This document shows, in pieces, positions 13,739-25,734 of a DNA stretch of 64,000 bases (position 1 is the stretch's first letter; each line of letters starts with the position of its first letter). Location of the stretch: assembly GCA_028534125.1 (NCBI GenBank), contig CM052816.1, positions 35,466,001-35,530,000 on the forward strand. The letters are read 5' to 3'. The DNA is from Lama glama. Taxonomy: Eukaryota. Below the pieces are notes generated by a model. It had not been told where the DNA came from. It did not search any database and was given only the letters and a program-made list of their open reading frames with translations. A program made the position numbers and the translations under genes.

Positions 13739-16700
13739 TGGGGCCAGGGGGCTCCTAAGCTGACACTCCAAATGACCCCCATTGAGCCCCAGTTGACATT
13801 AGATATTGGGGAAAGCCTATCAAATTCTTAGTCGACACTGGTGTTACTTACTCGGTTCTGAACATCAGACCAGGTAAATCCAGTCACAAGAGTTGTACAA
13901 GTATGATGGTATCAGGGAAGGCCCTAGAATGGGCATTCATAGAGCCATTAGAATGTAAACTGGATGAACATATGCTCACCCACTTCTTCCTGTATGTCCC
14001 TGAATGCGCTATACTCCTGCTAGGAAGAGATATCTTACATAAATTGGAGGCTACTATCCCCTAATGGGAGACAAGCTGGAGGTTGGTGCCCCCTTAGATA
14101 AAGGCACAAGATGATAATGTTAATGGCTGAGGACAAACCACCCCATATGAGCAAGTTGACCTCCTCAGTGTAAATCTCAAGGTGTGGACCCAGAGACATG
14201 TAGGATGAGCTGTAGGAGCCAGTCCTATGATAGTCCATCTAAAACCCGGACATATATGACCCAATTAAAAAATAGTACCCTCTCTGTTGGGAGGCCTTGT
14301 TGGGCATTGCCCCTGTTAGACAGAGCCTAATTGACCAAGGCCTTATTAAGCCATGCCAGTCAGCATGTACTATCCCCATGCTCCCTGTAAAGAAACCCAG
14401 TGGGGAATACTGGATGGTACAGGACCTCAGGGCAGTCAATGAAGCCACAGAGGATATATATTCAGTAGTCCCTAATCCTGACACCCTGCTATCCACTCTA
14501 CTGTCTACCAGGTCCTGGTATTCTGTATTAGATTTTTAAAATACCTTCTTCTGTATTCCATTAGCCCCAGAGTCACAAGAAATTTTTGCTTTTGAGTGGC
14601 AGGATCCAAATATGCAACCAAAAGAACAATACTTCTGGACAGTCCTGCCCCAAGGGTTCAAAGAGTTCCCCATCATCTTTGGAAAAAACTTTAATAGCTA
14701 AAGACTTAAAAGATCTTCCAGTATGTAGATGATATTTTAGTCACCAGCTACGGAAGCCTCTAACAAAAATACTGTAACCACCCTGAACTACCTAGTTGAT
14801 AAAGGATATAAGGTGTCCAAGAAAGAGGCTCAAATACCACAGACTAGGCTGGACTACTTAGGCTCATTCTCACAGAAGGTCAGAGAAGCCTACCCCAGGA
14901 AAGAAAGAAGCCATTTGCAGCCTCACCCCTCCTAAAACTAGAAGACAGCTTGGGGGTTTCCCTGGGGGGGGGGAATAGCTGGGTTTTGCCTGATCATGGT
15001 CTAATAGGGAGGCCTCTATGCGAAAAGTTGAAAGGATGCTGATCCTTTGGAATGGAATCAGAATGTGAAGGGGCTTTTCAAGAATTGAAAAAGCAGTTAC
15101 TTTAGGCCCTGCCCTGGCCCTCCCAGGTTTAGCTAAACTCTTTGACCTTTACATTTATGAAAGAAGGGGAATTGTCCTCGGGGTATTAGCTCTAAACTGG
15201 ACACTTTCACTCAGATGGTTGCTTATTTCTCTAAACAATCAAACCACTGAGGGACAGCCTCCTGGCTTCAGGGCAGTAGCAGCTACTACAGCCCTGCTCA
15301 AGGAGGCTGAGAAGTTAACGTTTGGTCAGCCAGTCGCTGTGTGAACACCACACCAGGTTCAGGCTTTAAAAGTTCTAAGGAAACAAAATGGCTGTTCCCT
15401 GAAACGTCTATTCAAGTTCAGGCTATGTAACCATAAAACCTGTCACACACTAAATCCTGCCACCTTGCGACCCAGGGAAATGCGGCCCCTGGAGCGTGAC
15501 TGTATAGAAACCATAGACACGATCTATTCTATTCACCCCAACCTAGGAAGAGAGCTTCTCCCAGATGCTGAAGAGGAATAGTTCACAGAACAGAGCAGTT
15601 TTATGAGAGAAAGAAAAAGGCTGGTGGGAGACACAGTGACCTCCCAGACCCAAGAAATAGAGGCAAGAAGCCTACCCCCAGGGACTTCTGCCCCAAAATT
15701 GGAGCTGATAGCCCTCACCTGAGCCTTAGAGCTCAGTCCAGGGAAGATCTTAAGTGTTTACACAGATTCCTGATATGCGTATGCCATCCTACGTGCACAT
15801 ACACACAGGGGTTATTTGGAAGGAAAGAGGTAAGCTTACTGTGGAGAATAAACAAGTGAAACATGGCTTAAGCATACTGAAGAGCTTAGAAGCAGTGCAG
15901 CTTCTGAAAAAGGTGGCAGTGATTCATTGTAGAGGTCACCAAAAGGAGGATGCAGAGGTAATAAAAGAGACAAGGTGGACACAACTGCCAACAGGGCAGC
16001 CCTAGAACAACTAACCTGGCAACTACCCCTCATGCCTCAAAGGCCAGACCCATCCAATTACTCCCCAGCTGACACAAAGGAAGAATTAGACAAAGCCTGA
16101 AAATGGGGCTTCAGTAGAGAGCTAGGAGGCCACGAGTGGCTAATAAACATGGGTAATATGTTTTTCCCCAAGCTGCAGCGTGTCAAGTTTGATGAGAGGG
16201 AAGCTCATGAAGGAACTCACTATAGGAGGAAAGTCTTATATAATCAGTTATTTGACATCATGATAACTCCTGGCATAAAAAGTGTAATCAGTCAAATAGT
16301 TGACACACACCCCATCTGCACAATGAACAACCCTAACACCAGACTCCTCCAGAGGCCCCCAGATAAGGCCCATCCAGACCAGAGGGACCTATCCTGGGAA
16401 GACTGATAGACTGATTTAACTGTCATATTGAGAGTTCTGAGCAATTTCAGGTATCTCTTGGTGTTAACAGACACATTTTCTGGGTGGATAGAAGCATTCT
16501 CTGCTAGAACTGAAATAGCTGCTGAAGTGGCTAAGGCAGTACTAATAGAAATAATCTCCAGATTCATGCTCCCAGGGGTTCCCTACAAAACGATAATGGT
16601 CCAACATTTGTGTCTCAAGTGATAAAGGGAATAACCAGTGCCTTGGGCATAAAATGGACCTTGCACTTAGCCTGGAGACCCTACTGGGCAGTACAGAAAC

Positions 16701-17270
16701 CGAATCAGACCTTGAAACAGGTCCTAGCTAAGCTGTGTCAGGAGACTTGAAAATTGGATTAAGTTGCTTCCAAATGCCCTGCTCTACACACAGTTAGCCT
16801 CAAGGGATAAGTTAAAATTAATTGAGTTTGAACTCCAGTATGGTAGACTATTCCCCACGACCGAGAGAAGGGACACCATAGCCACCTTGAAGTGACACAA
16901 CTCAAATATGCCCTCCAGGTAGGAGAAACCATGAAAAACCCTCATGAATATAGTAACCAGGTGCTGCCTGCACCCAACAACCAGGCCCTCCATCCCTTGT
17001 GGCCAGGACACTGTGTATATCTAAAAATCTGGAAAACCAGCAGCCTGTGAGACCAACTCTCTCCTAAGTGGAACAGACCCTAAGTGGAACAGTGCCCCTA
17101 ATCCCCCATTCTGCCCTGAAGTTGCTGTAGGGGTCACTCTGTGGGTACATCACACTAGAGTGAAGATGGCCCCCGAGCCCCAAACTCTGGAGAGACAGGC
17201 TGGGGCAATGGACCCCCTTGACTACTCATGTGAACCTCTCTCTGACCTGAAGCTGCTCTTCCAGAAAACG
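13739..17270 (+). pseudogene. pol: ERV pro-pol remnant (protease, RT, RNase H, integrase)
   Basis: FLVDTGVTYSVL (DTG at 13834-13842), LLGRDIL; LPVKKPSGEYWMVQDLRAVN, WTVLPQGFK, QYVDD (YVDD at 14722-14733); ELIALT, VAVIHCRGHQK; AHEGTHY, YLLVLTDTFSGWIEAF, WVHHTRVK, YSCEPLSDLKLLF. Confidence 0.95.
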
Positions 17271-17389
17271 ACAAATGTGTGACCAGGGATATTCAGCCCA
17301 CGGCAGTGAGCCTTGACATCAGGGCACACTTTGGTCTACAGCAAAAGACCTAGATACCTTCATTTTTAGAAAAAACTTGACATGTGACC

Positions 17390-17490
17390 ATTAGTCACTT
17401 GCTAATATTCGCACATGTATCTTAAATTGTCTGGTGTCCTTTGTCTCTGAAAGGTTAGACAAATGGTGTCGTGCAGGGGTGTGAACCGTC
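17390..17490 (+). pseudogene. env: env TM / cytoplasmic-tail remnant
   Basis: LLIF/TCILNCLVSFVSERLDK resembles the gamma-type TM end LLFGPCILNRLVQFV...RL; only ~370 bp lie between the IN end and the 3' LTR. Confidence 0.65.
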
Positions 17491-18135
17491 AGGGCCAAGA
17501 CGCAGTGAGAAGCAAGCGGACCTAAAGGCAGCTGAGGAGAAGCACTGCTCCTCCACCCGGGGTCATGGGGACACCCACATCAGCAGGAAATAGTTACGTA
17601 AGACGTACATTTGCCCCTCAGCGCCCATCAGATAGAGAAGGGATTTGTCACTATTAACAATTCCCAGGAAATAAAAATAGAATCTCGGTAATAAATTAAA
17701 CTCTGACCTTTGTTGTCTTCTTTGGGCTTCGCCCAGTTTTACTCGCTCACGGGGTGCCACCTGCAGGGGCTTTGCACCTGGTGCTTCACAGCAGAGTTCC
17801 TTCTGAGAAAAGGCTTCAGTGACACCTCAGCCACGCGGGCTGCGTGCAGAAGCGCTGCCCTCACAGTGCAGTTCAAGATGGCGGCGGCAGGCCGTGTGCA
17901 GAGACGCTGCGGGGGCACTGCGGTCCGTTCAGAGCCCCAGCAGCGCAGCTGCGCATGCTCAGGAGAACGGCCCGGCCCACAGCCTGTGGGACGGCGTGTG
18001 CGCTAGAGCTACGCTCTCACCGCTCCGTTCTTTGATCAAAGAATAAAGCTTTCCTTCACTCCTGATTGAGTTCAGTCTTGTTCTATCGGCTTGAATGATA
18101 CCTGGCAGGAGGACCCTTGTAGGGGACCCACCCGG
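17460..18135. promoter_or_regulatory. CpG-island-like putative promoter within the 3' end of the ERV
   Basis: Only CpG-dense stretch in the window; YY1 CAAGATGGCGGC at 17874-17885; NRF1-like TGCGCATGCTCA at 17950-17961; bZIP palindrome TTACGTAA at 17594-17601. Confidence 0.65.
17631..17645 (+). promoter_or_regulatory. Polypurine tract
   Basis: gatagagaagggatt immediately before the 3' LTR TG. Confidence 0.75.
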
Positions 18136-18149
18136 GAGGATAGAGAACA
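17646..18149 (+). repeat. 3' LTR of the provirus, CpG-rich
   Basis: Aligns to the 5' LTR at both ends; intact AATAAA at 18042-18047; TATA segment missing; ~27 CpG counted. Confidence 0.9.
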
Positions 18150-18575
18150 GGAGCTGTGCCAGTATTTGGGTCCAGGCCTTAAGGGACCAGTAGCTTACAC
18201 TTCCTGCCATGGGAAACACTCTCTTAGAGCCCTGAGCCCCCGGGTTAGAAGCTCAGCTACACTGTGGAAAGATGATGTGGAGGAGGTTCTGAAACCACAG
18301 GCAAGGGAAAGGGTCCCACCTGAGTCCGGACATCATTCAACACAAATGAAGCACCAGACAGATGAATGAACCCTTCTTGGACCCTCCCAATCTAAACAGT
18401 CATCAAGTGAATAAGACTGAGTGACCCCAATCAATGCTCCATGGGACAGAAGAATTACTTAGCTGTGCCCTGCCAAAATTCCTAACCCGCAGATTTTGAG
18501 CTTAATGAAATAACTATTGTTTTAAGGGATTAAATTTTGGGTGGTTTGTGAAGTAACAATAGAGGACAAGACAAG
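18150..18575 (+). mobile_element. MLT1G/H-like LTR, 3' part
   Basis: gctgtgccagt...ccaggccttaag...agccctgagc...ttaaattttgggtggtttgtgaagtaacaatag. Confidence 0.8.
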
Positions 18576-19339
18576 CAGGTAGATTGACTTTTATCCTTCA
18601 ATAAAGGCTGACCCTCTACTCCTCTAAAAAGGATAGTTGTAATCGCTTAGTGATATAATTGAAATGCAAACAAACTATAATCAACACTTATGAACAAGGG
18701 TGATGAATGGTGACTTCACAGGTTCTGAAGCAGATTCCTCTGTTTTCTAAGAGAGCCAATCTAAACCACAGTAATATCAAGACTATCTTCCCAGTATAAC
18801 CCATAAATAAAAAATACCATCATAATATCCAATTTAATTCCAATCCAATTTTCCTCCACTATCTAATGAGTCTAGCCAGACATTGTAAAATGGAGTAATT
18901 ATAGGTGCACTTTATCAGATGCTGATACAGGACCCAATCACAATTTCTAGGTTTATTTGAGGATGTACAGCATTTTCAGAAATGAATCCCAAAGTACCTT
19001 CCAGCACCCTGTACCAACCTCACTAACAGCAGATAGATGAGTCCAGACTCTTTTGATACTGTCTGAATCTGACAGTGCATTAGAATATAATTTCTGTTTT
19101 AATCATTGCTGAATCTCCAGCACCTAGAACAGGGTCTGGGACATAGTTGGAGCTCAGTAAGTATTATTGATAAAATAAATCATTCCATTAGAAAAAAATG
19201 AAAAAGACAATTCTGGGAAAGGTGGCCACCCTCTAAGGGTATCAGAGCACCAGCCTCCTCAGGGCCTGAGGAATGACCAACTGTTATTCAGAAGATTAAA
19301 ACACCAAAATATTTCATTTTAAAGTTTTATAATGTTTAA

Positions 19340-20520
19340 AAAATTTAAAAAGGGAAATAAAGATTAACATAACTAATACCCATGTACCACCACCAGCTTA
19401 AGTGACAATATATTGCTGGTAAGATTCAATTCACCTAGTGTGGCCCTCCCCGGATGCCTTCCCCAAATGTAACCACTGTACTTAATTTTATGTTTAACAA
19501 TTTCATATTTTCTCTGTAATTGTATTATATATCTTTGAACACCAATAGTATTGTATTGCCTGTTTTTTAAAATATTACTTGAAATATAGTTGATGTTTAA
19601 TATTATGTTAGTTTCAGATATAATATCTAGTGATTGACAGTTGCATTTATTATTAAATGATCACCACAATAGTCTAACCATCTGTCCCAATTCAAAGTTA
19701 TTACAATATCATTGACTACATTCCTTATGCTGTATATGACAACCCCATGGTTTATTGTGTTGCATATTTTAAATTGTGTGTTATCTTACTGTATGAGTTC
19801 TTCTGCAATTTAATTTAGTCTATATTTAAGTGTACATCCTTCTAGAATTCTACACACATACCTGTGCACACACATATACAGAAATACTACACGTGTTTCT
19901 TTGTAACCTCATTTTTTAATGTTTTTTCATTCTAAAATATTTCACAAATACAAAAATATAACAAACTCAGCTGGACATACCTCAAGAAGTAAAACATTGT
20001 AAATATGCCAGAAGCGTACATGTGACCTTTCTTCACTGCATTTGCTTCCTTCATTGTCCCTTCTCTCCTCCTCCTGCAGCCAGAATTTGGTATTATTTTA
20101 TATCCTCCCCCCAAAACATCTAATATTAGTTTTTATTTTTAAAAAACATTTTATAGCATTCTTTTCTAGAAAGGAAAAGAAGAAAATCTGAATTTTGAGG
20201 GCCTGGGCTTTATGGAGGGGTGCATGTCCAATTCCCCACCTGCTGAGGGCGCATGCCTAGAGTCAGGTCCCCTTCACAGACTGGTCTTCAGAGTCCACAG
20301 GACTTGAGATGCCCTAGGGCAGCCTGTGGGCATCACCACCACTCAGGTTTTCTCTCTCTCTTCATTTTTGACACTTGTGGATTTCCATTGTTTTATGCGA
20401 GCTCATCCATGCATTTAAAAAAATGTTTATTTTTACCTTGTACAGCATTTCTAGGTGTTTGTAGTAAGAGAGTTTTCTAATCTGCCAAATTAATGAAAGT
20501 AAAGTTCTCAAAAGTGTTTC
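19340..20520 (-). mobile_element. Old L1M fragments, with a nested younger L1 3' piece at ~19570-19760
   Basis: acccatgtaccaccacc...gtaaccact; tgaaatatagttgatgtttaatattatgttagtttcag...attgactacattccttatgctgta. Confidence 0.6.
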
Positions 20521-21199
20521 CTAAATATTCTAAATATATTGTAGTTGGCACAAGCATATAATCATCTCCCATAAGAATCTTTGCAATTTAAATAGCTGAC
20601 AGGTATTTACGAAACATCGGGTGGATTTTTTTAGAGGTATGTCAATTTCACTTAAACAACTCACTGTTAATGTTAATGATCATTTTTGTTTACATAAATA
20701 CATTTTTGTAGTTTTTAAATAGATAATAACAACACACATGCAATAGGTTAAAAAAAAACTAACAGACCTTTTGTTTATTAGGATAAAAAGGGAGAAATCT
20801 TTCGGAGGCAATTAGTGGAATGTTTTTTAAACATGTGAGGGAAAAAAAAAAAAAGGTGGGGGGATGGGGAGGATAGTCTCCAAAGCGGTTAGGACAGGTT
20901 TAGTGACAGAGAACATTTTTGAATTGAGTTGACTTACTCAGGTATGAGGAGGGGCCCTCCTGTCCAGTAAAAGGGGGTTTTAGTGATGACAGTACAAGCA
21001 AGTATAACTCTTAGTTACAGCCAATGGAACTCTGTGTAAACCTGGGAAGTCTTGTTCTAGAACTATACATAACACAAGTCGACTGTTACTCCATGTGAGG
21101 TTTAGGTTTTGAGGTTACAACTGGTTTTACTGGCTGTGAGAGATAGTCCGTGCTTCCTTTGCTACTCTTTCTGCATTTGAAAATCCTTCCTGATTTAGT

Positions 21200-21660
21200 A
21201 AGTATCTTGGCCATCTTCCGTTTGTCCTTCCTCCATGGTCTTAGCCTTCTCTGCCCTACTCAGTCCCCTGGAGGCTGGTGCACTGTCACAATGATCTCTT
21301 TTGGACTCGACATTCAGTTGAGTGCAACCAATGAGAAGCCCTGGGATGGGACTGGAGTGTAGAAAGAGAATAAGTGGGGTTATTTATTTCCCAAGAATCC
21401 TCCCCGTCAGGTGGTCATGGATTATCTGCATCCCTCTGCCCAAGGCCACAGCCTCTACCGGGTAGTACTCCCCTACAGCTACCATCTCCTGGTTAAGGTA
21501 ATTCTTCCTCCTCTTGCCCCTTCCCGCATTGGGTGGTCCCCTTACCTCATTACTGCTAGCCCCAGAGGCCTTTAACACTGCCCATATCTTTATTCAACTC
21601 TTCCCAAATTGTCCAACTTGATTATACCATCTAATTTTTCCTGGAACCCTGACTGATATA
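21200..21660 (-). mobile_element. ERVL-class LTR, LTR33-like
   Basis: Ends ctcttcccaaattgtccaacttg...ccatct...cctggaaccctgactgata, the reverse of the tgtatcagtcagggt.ccag start. Confidence 0.6.
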
Positions 21661-21664
21661 GATG

Positions 21665-22280
21665 GATAATTTTAGTATGAGATGAGACTGAAGAGCTGGG
21701 TAGGGGAAAAATCATACTGATATGATCAAATGTATTTTTTAAAAAGGATTTCTTTGGCTGCACAATTAAAAAAAATTGTAAGAAAGCCAGAATGAATGTG
21801 GGTAGATCAATTAGGAAATTTTATCAACTGCCCAAGAGAGACTAATAGTACTTGTCACGGACTAGATGAGGAGATAATGAAGATTTCTCTTGGGTTTTCA
21901 GCTTGCATAACCAGATGATATAGTGGCTGTAACACGGAGACTGCTGGAAAGAAGCAGGCTTCCAAGTCCAAGCCAGAGAGCACAGTGAGGAGTTCCTTTA
22001 TTTTGATTCAGAATATGTTTGGTATAAAGAGCATTTGGGTCATCCAAGACCAGGACAGGTAGCCAGCGGATGTACGGGTTGGGAGCTCAGAAGAGAGGGT
22101 TTAAGGATGTAAGTTTGTGAGGCATGGGCATAGATCATTTGGCCTAAGGACAGAGAAAAGACTGAGAAGAGCAGAGGGCTAGGAATGCGATTTGAGGAGT
22201 CCCATCATTCAATGACTGGTTAGAGGCAAAATATGCAAATAGACTGAGAAGGAACAGCCAGAGGAAAAAAGAGGAAGTCC
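21665..22280 (-). mobile_element. L2 fragment
   Basis: ggattctttggctgc...ggagctcagaagagagg...gagactgagaaggaacagccagag pattern. Confidence 0.65.
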
Positions 22281-22424
22281 AGCTATTGAAATAGGTGTGT
22301 GTGTAATACAATACCTGACAGTCAGACTGGTTAGTCTTTTAACATCCAGACCTGCCCCACCTGGTGATTACGCCTAGAGTGGTGAAGTCTCGCTAGGTTT
22401 CTTTCCAGCCTTGGAAAGCTGTAG

Positions 22425-22660
22425 AGACAGTGTAGCTAAGGCAAGGTTGAGGAATAGCAGCTCAGAGTCAGATAACCCAGATTTGCAGCCTAGCTTCGCC
22501 ATATATCAGTTATGACCTCAGGCAAGTTGCTTAACCTGTTTCATTGGTAAAATGGAGACAAATTACTTTTCCCATCTTAAAGTTTTGTGAAAATTAGATA
22601 AAATAATGTATTCAACGTCTATAGCACAGTTCATAACACAGTAAATGTTGGACATCATTC
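22425..22660 (+). mobile_element. MIR SINE
   Basis: tcagagtcagataacccagatttg...tgacctcaggcaagttgcttaacct...taaaatggaga. Confidence 0.75.
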
Positions 22661-23168
22661 TTATTTTTCACACAAAAAAATTAGAGAATAACACTAGGAA
22701 AGCGAGCAAAATAAAAAGTAGAAGAAAAACGCATAAATTTAGTGATAGACTGCCTAGATGCACATCAGTCAATAGGTTAGAGCTACTGGGTATTGAGGGA
22801 AAAGCAGGGGCAGAATGCCAGGAGTAGCTTCAACCCACAGAATCAATAGTTTTCCCACAAGCTTCAGCGCCCCCTGTCCTCTGGTGTCCTCTGGTGCTCT
22901 TACAAAAAAAGCAAAATAAAAAGAGGAAGAAGAATGAGAAAGTGAAGAAAGAGGCTGGGCCTTCCACCAACCACATAATTAGGTTTCAAATAACAGAGAG
23001 AACACTGTATATTGTTTTCCTGCAATTTTTCCCTTCCTCCTAACTAAACAAACTCACAAATGCACTTCTGCAATTCGTGAAAAATATATGTGATTCACAC
23101 TGAAGTTTCTGATTCCAGAAATTTTAAAGACCTAAAGAGTCATTTCACTTTGTGAAGTGACTGCTTTG

Positions 23169-23281
23169 TGAGGATGACCAACTTGTCATGGTTGCCTAGG
23201 ACTTTCCTGGCTTAAGAATTAAAAGGCCATGTCCCAGAGAACTCCTTAGTTTTGGAAAAGTTGTGATTGCTGGTCAACTTA
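23169..23281. mobile_element. MER94-like hAT-Blackjack MITE
   Basis: gaggatgaccaacttgtc...ggactttcctgg...gctggtcaactta, degenerate terminal inverted repeats. Confidence 0.65.
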
Positions 23282-25306
23282 TTGATCTCTCCCTCTGACA
23301 ACGAAGAAGAAAGAGACTCTCCTCAGTCAGTTTTATAGCAGGGGACATGGCTAGCTTGCTGTTTGTGTAGAGAGAGGAGCCAATCCCTATAGAATATAAT
23401 TTGAAGGGGTATCAAAAACCTTATGCTTCCAAACCAAACTGCTTGTTATCCTCAGCCGTTTCTGCTCTTATTGCATTGATTGATCCTACCCGAAATTCTG
23501 AACTGGCTGACTCTTGAGCTGGAGCTACCTGAAGCTTCTTTGCAATGCCAGTGTAGCCTGGAGAGGGAAGAAAGCTCTCATTAGGTGTGAACATTTTACT
23601 GCGATATAATTTAGAAAACTAGTTAGTTCCCTGGCAGACACTGGTGGAAGTGGATTAAAACAATAAATTTTGATGGAGTATGAAGCAGGTCAAGAAAGAT
23701 TCAGATCATGGAACAGGTTCCACATGCATTGATTTAGAGAGGGTAAAACTGTAGAGACTGAAACTGTGGGTAATTCTTAGTCAGATCCATTTGACTTGCC
23801 TTTACTAATCAAGATCATTTCAACTGTTGGTACTAAAGACTTTTATGTTCTCCAAGCAGCACATATCCTAAACAGTAAGACGTCTGCCTGAATTGTTTTC
23901 CAGGAACTTGGAGTCAGCTGTGTCTCGCTGAGCGGGTTAAGACTGGATAGGACCACCAATCCCTCCAAATGGGCATGTATGAGTGTCCCCTGGGTGACCT
24001 TTGATGTGAGAGGGCTGAAAACTCTACCCTCATATCCTGCTAAGAGCCTCCACATTTGTACCTGCAGAGGCATGCAGCTTAGTTACACATTTGAGGAAAA
24101 CACGTGGTAAAGGAGTAAAATGGTAACCCAACCAGCTGGGAGGTTCTTTAAAAAAATGTTTCTGTATTTCCCAATATGATGAAGCCCATATCTATTCATT
24201 CATTCATTCCACAAATATTTATATTGCTCAGTATTCATGATCATCCACTATGTGGCAGGCAGAGTTCTAGATGCTAGAGATATAAGCAAGAGCTAGACCA
24301 AGACCCTGCCCACATGGAGATGCCAATCTAACGGGAGAATATAACATTGAATTAGGGCTTTTAACACATCTTGAAACATGTTGTGAAGCTCTGGACTGTG
24401 AGGTGAGTTGAGCCCCTACTGGTGTTTGGACAATCACTTTGCTAACTCCTGACCTCATGGACCTGGCTCTGAATCCCTAGCTCTATAAGCCCCTCCTTCA
24501 ACCAGCTCTCAATGTCCTTGAACCTCAGCTTTCTCCCATGCAATTGTTACCCCGTATGTCAGCATACCGACATATCTTCATCAGATAGCTGTTGACTGAC
24601 AGTTTCCACCCTGACATCCCAGCTGGATGAGCCCTAGCTCTTCAGGGAACAGGGTGGTGGTGAGGTGGCAGTGCTGAAGGAGGTATTCAGAAAGAACGGG
24701 TCCCACACAGCAGCAATTGCATATATACTGAACACACTGAATATTTGAAAGTCACATAAATTGATAAAACATTCCATTTTATTGAACAGCAAAGAGGAGA
24801 CTCGCTCTAAAACTCAACACGATTATAATAGACATACAAGTACCTGTTCATAAAGGCAAGAATTTAAAGCCATCTTTCAGAGTCCTTTCCAGATGTTTCA
24901 CATTTACTTCTTTCGAGGCAGAACATCCAAAGTTTTATTATTCAATTATATAAAGCTAAAGAAAGGCAAGAGAAGTTAGAAAATTAATGTTCTAGTATGT
25001 ACTTGAATCTGTAAGATGAAATCATTACCGAAGTCTTCTGGTCAGTGACCCAGATAATATGTCCCTTGCAAAAATGAGAGTAAAACCACATTCAATATCT
25101 CCTCTAAAGTGAAACTAAGTTAATAGATAAAGCATTTGACACTTGATGATGTCTGAAAAACTGAATGAATTTTCCTCTTCAATTTCCTATAAACAAAATT
25201 CCTATTTAAAAAATACAATGCCAATAATTTCCCCAAATGATGTCTTCTACATTTTAAATTACTAAAATATTAATAAGATGCTTGTTACTATTTTATAACT
25301 TTAGAC

Positions 25307-25506
25307 AGTAATGCGCTGATAAATGTTTAACAACTGGCTCTTTTGGGGGGAAAATGTCCTGATTTATAGCATTTGCCAATTTCTGTGGTGTAAATTCACC
25401 TACAATGGCTGATTTCAAGCTACCAGTATGACATTGACAGCAGATTTGAGGAGATGCACATAATCAGCCTTCGTGAGTCAGTGAGAGTGTCCAGAGTGTA
25501 CCACTG
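25307..25506. mobile_element. MER63-like hAT element
   Basis: cagtaatgcgctgataaatgtttaacaactggctc...atggctgatttcaagctacca...gtgtaccactg. Confidence 0.7.
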
Positions 25507-25734
25507 ACTCCAAGTTTACAGGCTCTTTGAAGAAATTTACTAAGATTCTTTTTTTTTTTAACAAGTAAGGCAACTGCCACCCAAGATCTTTGCTTTGATC
25601 TTGTTTATGTTTCCAAAAATACAGAGAAATTCATACCATGAATTTTATATTTTCAAAGTCTATATGAAAGGAAAACAAAACTTCAATTTATTAGAATTTC
25701 TAAATCACATAGATATAATCAACATTTTTCTTAA

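Larger units (their letters stand above)
11163..18149 (+). mobile_element. Decayed near full-length class I (gamma-like, ERV1) endogenous retrovirus, env mostly deleted
   Basis: Two homologous LTRs (tgtcact...ttaacaa.tcccaggaaataaaaatagaatct...aaca), PBS, gag/pro/RT/RNaseH/IN motifs in order, PPT; many stops and frameshifts. Confidence 0.95.

Noticed and set aside
14297..16622. pol-derived ORFs as a functional or domesticated retroviral gene
   Set aside because: The longest open pieces are under 90 aa; numerous stops, frameshifts and a deletion just before YVDD
17270..17645. Syncytin-like captured env
   Set aside because: Only a frameshifted TM-tail remnant remains; no SU, furin site or intact ORF
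17878..18006. ATGGCGGCG-initiated 42-aa ORF (MAAAGRVQ...) as a first coding exon
   Set aside because: The ATG is part of the YY1 motif inside LTR sequence; no convincing donor, and GC-rich DNA gives open frames by chance
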